50,454 nt of DNA from Candidatus Gottesmanbacteria bacterium RBG_16_52_11 (GTDB lineage Bacteria > Patescibacteriota > Microgenomatia > UBA10105 > UBA927). Location of the stretch: NCBI GenBank assembly GCA_001779095.1, contig MFJD01000004.1:116876-167329 (forward strand), written 5' to 3'. Each line of letters begins with the position of its first letter. Within the stretch, counting starts at the first letter, position 1. The position numbers were made by a program, and so were the translations under genes. Shown in pieces: positions 47,407 to 50,454 of this stretch. The notes below the pieces were generated by a model. The model was not told the DNA's origin and ran no database searches. It saw only the letters and a list, made by a program, of their open reading frames with translations.

Positions 47407-49005
47407 ATGGCTAAATGGCTATTATTGGCAGTTGCAGCAGCCAGTCTGATTCAGACTTTTGTATATATTATCAGGACTCCCGCCGGATTTACATATCCGC
47501 TGGTGCATAACTACGAAGCCGATTACTACTGGTACCTGTCCCTGATGCGTCAGGGATGGGATGGCAAATTAAGCGTAACCACCAGGTTTACCGGGGAGAA
47601 CTTTCCGCCCCAACCGGTGAATACGTTTTTCCCGGTTCTGGGGATGGTATCACGAATCAGCGGACTGAGTTTACCGGTCATATACACGGTGGCCAGGGTA
47701 GCGTTCGGATGGGGTCTGCTGTATATGTCGCTCAGGTTACTCCGATTGCTTAAATTGGATAAGCAACAGGCGGTAGCGGTCATGATTCTGGTAGTACTTG
47801 GAGTCCCGCTGTGGTACTTATCGGAAGGGAAGATAGTCCAGGCCGGAGAGTTCTGGACCGGATTTGATCCGATACTCCGGATAACCTGGCTGCCTCACCA
47901 TCTGGCAGCCAACTGTCTCTATTTAGGGGGGTTGATACTGTTCGTCAGGTTATTCACGGGTACCTCACTTAAACCGCCTGCATTCATAAGGGGCATTGTC
48001 CTGGCAGCGGTAATATTTATGGCCGGAGCGTGGATCAATCCGGCAATTATCCCGCTGGCTACCGTATCGTTGGGTTTGGCCATAGCGATCAGCCTGGTGC
48101 AGAGGACTGTACCCGTACTAAAACTGCTGGCCGGGGGATCGGCTGTGGCGGCGGGACTTGCCGGAGTAACCCTGGCACTGTGGAAAGTCCAGAACAGCAC
48201 GTTTCCCTGGACTGCTTTCCGGGATTGGGAACAATACATAACGTATCCGGTTACTGCCGGATCATACCTCCTGACACTGGGGCTGCCCGGATTACTAGCT
48301 CTGCCGGGGATAATCATAGCTCTAAAACGGAAGTCCCTGATATGGAATATGGTGACCGGATGGTTTCTTTTTCCGCTGCTGGGACTTGAGATTCTGAACA
48401 GACTTTTACCGCTTTCAAACGGCAGGTATCTCCAGGGAGCCGGGTACATTCCGGCGGCAATACTATCGGTTCCGATCCTTTCCGCAGTAGCCGTGTACTT
48501 CAGGAAAACAATGAAATTAAAATTATCAACAACGCTGGCCGGTACCGTTTTAACGATTGCGGTAGTCATTTGGGGGATGCCGGCGTTTGCCGCGAGTGTC
48601 TCCCGCCAGATGGCATATGCAAAGAAGAATCTCAGCAACACCCAGGTACTGGTGCCGCAGAATGTGTTCGGAGCCCTGACGGAGCTGTCAGGAACTCCCG
48701 ATTGTGGAATTGTCATGGCACCGGATACGGTATCACCGCTGATACCGGCATTTTCTTCCTGCCGGTCGGTAGCAGGGCATCCGACTTTCACATTTAATCC
48801 GTCCGAAAAAATCGCCCTGCTTAATTCCTTTTATTCCGGCAGTGATGAGGTGAGGGCTCAGGAAGCGGTACGGCAAAGCGGAGCAGCGATGATTCTGGTT
48901 TTCAGCGATCTGAACCGGAACCGGGCGCAAAAGGCGGGTTTCAGGCCGGTTTGGGAGGGAAGCGGAATAGGTATTTACGGAAAAATCAGTCCGAAAGGGA
49001 TTTGA
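47407..49005 (+). CDS. Polytopic membrane protein, putative GT-C
   Basis: EADYYWYLSLMRQG loop, many TM, C-terminal IPAFS...VAGH domain. Start uncertain. Confidence 0.7.
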   Translation: MAKWLLLAVAAASLIQTFVYIIRTPAGFTYPLVHNYEADYYWYLSLMRQGWDGKLSVTTRFTGENFPPQPVNTFFPVLGMVSRISGLSLPVIYTVARVAFGWGLLYMSLRLLRLLKLDKQQAVAVMILVVLGVPLWYLSEGKIVQAGEFWTGFDPILRITWLPHHLAANCLYLGGLILFVRLFTGTSLKPPAFIRGIVLAAVIFMAGAWINPAIIPLATVSLGLAIAISLVQRTVPVLKLLAGGSAVAAGLAGVTLALWKVQNSTFPWTAFRDWEQYITYPVTAGSYLLTLGLPGLLALPGIIIALKRKSLIWNMVTGWFLFPLLGLEILNRLLPLSNGRYLQGAGYIPAAILSVPILSAVAVYFRKTMKLKLSTTLAGTVLTIAVVIWGMPAFAASVSRQMAYAKKNLSNTQVLVPQNVFGALTELSGTPDCGIVMAPDTVSPLIPAFSSCRSVAGHPTFTFNPSEKIALLNSFYSGSDEVRAQEAVRQSGAAMILVFSDLNRNRAQKAGFRPVWEGSGIGIYGKISPKGI

Positions 49006-49039
49006 GCTCTGATTTTGTCTTTTTAACTTTATACACTGT

Positions 49040-50454
49040 ATGTTCATCCATATATTCATCCAACGCGTCAGGTCTTTGAAACATCATCTGCCCGCGGTAT
49101 TTCTTGCGGTTTTTTTCGTAACAGTCGGCATGTACTCAACCGTAGCCCCATACTTCGCCAAACCTGAGGGAAGGGGATATACCTGGCATGAGGGATTCAC
49201 CGATGATTACATCGGATACGTTTCCTACGTCAAGGAAGGGATGTACGGAGCCATCACCTTCAGTGTCCGGTCACTGCCCAAACCCCAACCGGCCACTACG
49301 GCCCAGCTTCTTTATATCGTGACGGGGAAAATCGGATCACTTTTGAATCTGACTGCTCCGGTTGCCTACCACGCCGCCCGGACAGTCCTCGGTCTGGCTT
49401 TCTGGCTGGCTATGTATCTGTTTATACGATCAGTCACGGGTAGCAGGAGAAAGGCAATTGCCGTCAGTTTCATGGCATCTCTGTCGGCGGCAGCCGGATG
49501 GTTCAGCATTGTCAACGGCCAGCTGACATACCGGACCTTTGCGACATTCGGTTTTACCGAAAATACCGCCCTCAGATTTGCCAGCCGCCCGCACTATCTC
49601 TTCGGCGCTTTCCTTTTCCTGGTAATTACCATGCTTCTTTCGGGACGCAGCAGAAACCGCCGGACCGTCATTGCCGTATGCGTCCTGTCCGTAGTACTGG
49701 GAACGGTGCATCCGTCATTTGCAACTCTGCTGGCGGCAGTTACCGGGATCATGGGAATTATTACGTGGCTTAAAAATAAGCGGGTGCTGACTCCTTATAT
49801 CCCGGCACTGCTCGGACTCGGGTTGGGATTATCGCTGTCGTACTGGTCGACACACCAATATCCTTATACCTGGATCCTGTCATTTGAGGAATATGTCCGC
49901 AATGAAGTCCTGTCCTCAGGGACCATCCGGGGAGATATCATTTCTTTCGGACCGATGCTGTGGCTGGGACTGCCGGGACTTATCATCCGTGTGCTCCGGC
50001 GGGGGAGAAAGGAAGCGGATATTTTCCTGCTTGTCTGGCTCGTAGTTCAGCTCTTATTCTTTTTCCATTTCTACCGGTATCTGCGGACTGAACGGGTGCG
50101 CTATATCCAATCACTTTACTTCATTCCCATGGCATACGGGACATATGTGCTGCTTGCGGATGCTGCTGTCCGGCTGGGTAAACGGATTCTGCCGGCGGGT
50201 CTGATTATCCTTTCAGCGCTGACGTTACCCACCCTTTACCAGGGATTTAAAACCAGCTTGTATAGGCATACGGACTACAGTAATTTCAACCAGTTTGTAT
50301 TTCCGACCCGGGCACAGCTTGAGGCTTATGCCTGGCTGGACCGCAATACCCCGGTAGAAAGCACGGTTACGGCATCGTACGAAGCGCTTAACCATATCAT
50401 CATTTACAGTCATAATTATGTCGTCGGCAACAAACAGGGTTGGCCGTACTGTGA
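49040..50454 (+). CDS. Membrane protein paralogous to the upstream gene; runs off the window end
   Basis: Manual translation gives ...FTDDYIGYVSYVKEG near the start and AYAWLDRNTPVESTV in the same frame near the end. It is absent from the ORF track, consistent with no stop before the window edge. Confidence 0.75.
   Translation, partial: MFIHIFIQRVRSLKHHLPAVFLAVFFVTVGMYSTVAPYFAKPEGRGYTWHEGFTDDYIGYVSYVKEGMYGAITFSVRSLPKPQPATTAQLLYIVTGKIGSLLNLTAPVAYHAARTVLGLAFWLAMYLFIRSVTGSRRKAIAVSFMASLSAAAGWFSIVNGQLTYRTFATFGFTENTALRFASRPHYLFGAFLFLVITMLLSGRSRNRRTVIAVCVLSVVLGTVHPSFATLLAAVTGIMGIITWLKNKRVLTPYIPALLGLGLGLSLSYWSTHQYPYTWILSFEEYVRNEVLSSGTIRGDIISFGPMLWLGLPGLIIRVLRRGRKEADIFLLVWLVVQLLFFFHFYRYLRTERVRYIQSLYFIPMAYGTYVLLADAAVRLGKRILPAGLIILSALTLPTLYQGFKTSLYRHTDYSNFNQFVFPTRAQLEAYAWLDRNTPVESTVTASYEALNHIIIYSHNYVVGNKQGWPYC

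Overview
A 50 kb chromosomal segment that looks like a Patescibacteria (CPR, Microgenomates-like) genome. That assignment is an inference from gene content, tRNAs without encoded CCA and the repeat types. About 13 large polytopic membrane proteins resembling GT-C glycosyltransferases (YfhO, PMT-like, DUF2298, one NPCBM fusion) dominate the window. A compact UbiA/DPPR-synthase-like + HAD + GT4 + methyltransferase operon with a divergent flavoprotein sits among them. Housekeeping genes are rpsA, radA, a PIN/TRAM gene, rho, a LysM-M23 peptidase, an MFS transporter and tRNA-Ala(GGC) and tRNA-Ala(CGC). Points worth following up: (1) an AT-rich HTH/LAGLIDADG-like ORF whose stop codon lies inside tRNA-Ala; (2) a 30-40 bp hairpin element seen in both a filled and an empty site, with an apparent GGC target duplication; (3) a three-hairpin element repeated after two orphan genes; (4) a promoter-driven, four-hairpin minus-strand RNA; (5) heptamer-repeat palindromes, with a related heptamer array inside the rpsA coding sequence; (6) pervasive leaderless gene starts; (7) a possible ART-fold orphan protein. 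No CRISPR array, rRNA or transposase was found. All family calls come from motif recognition by eye, not database searches.
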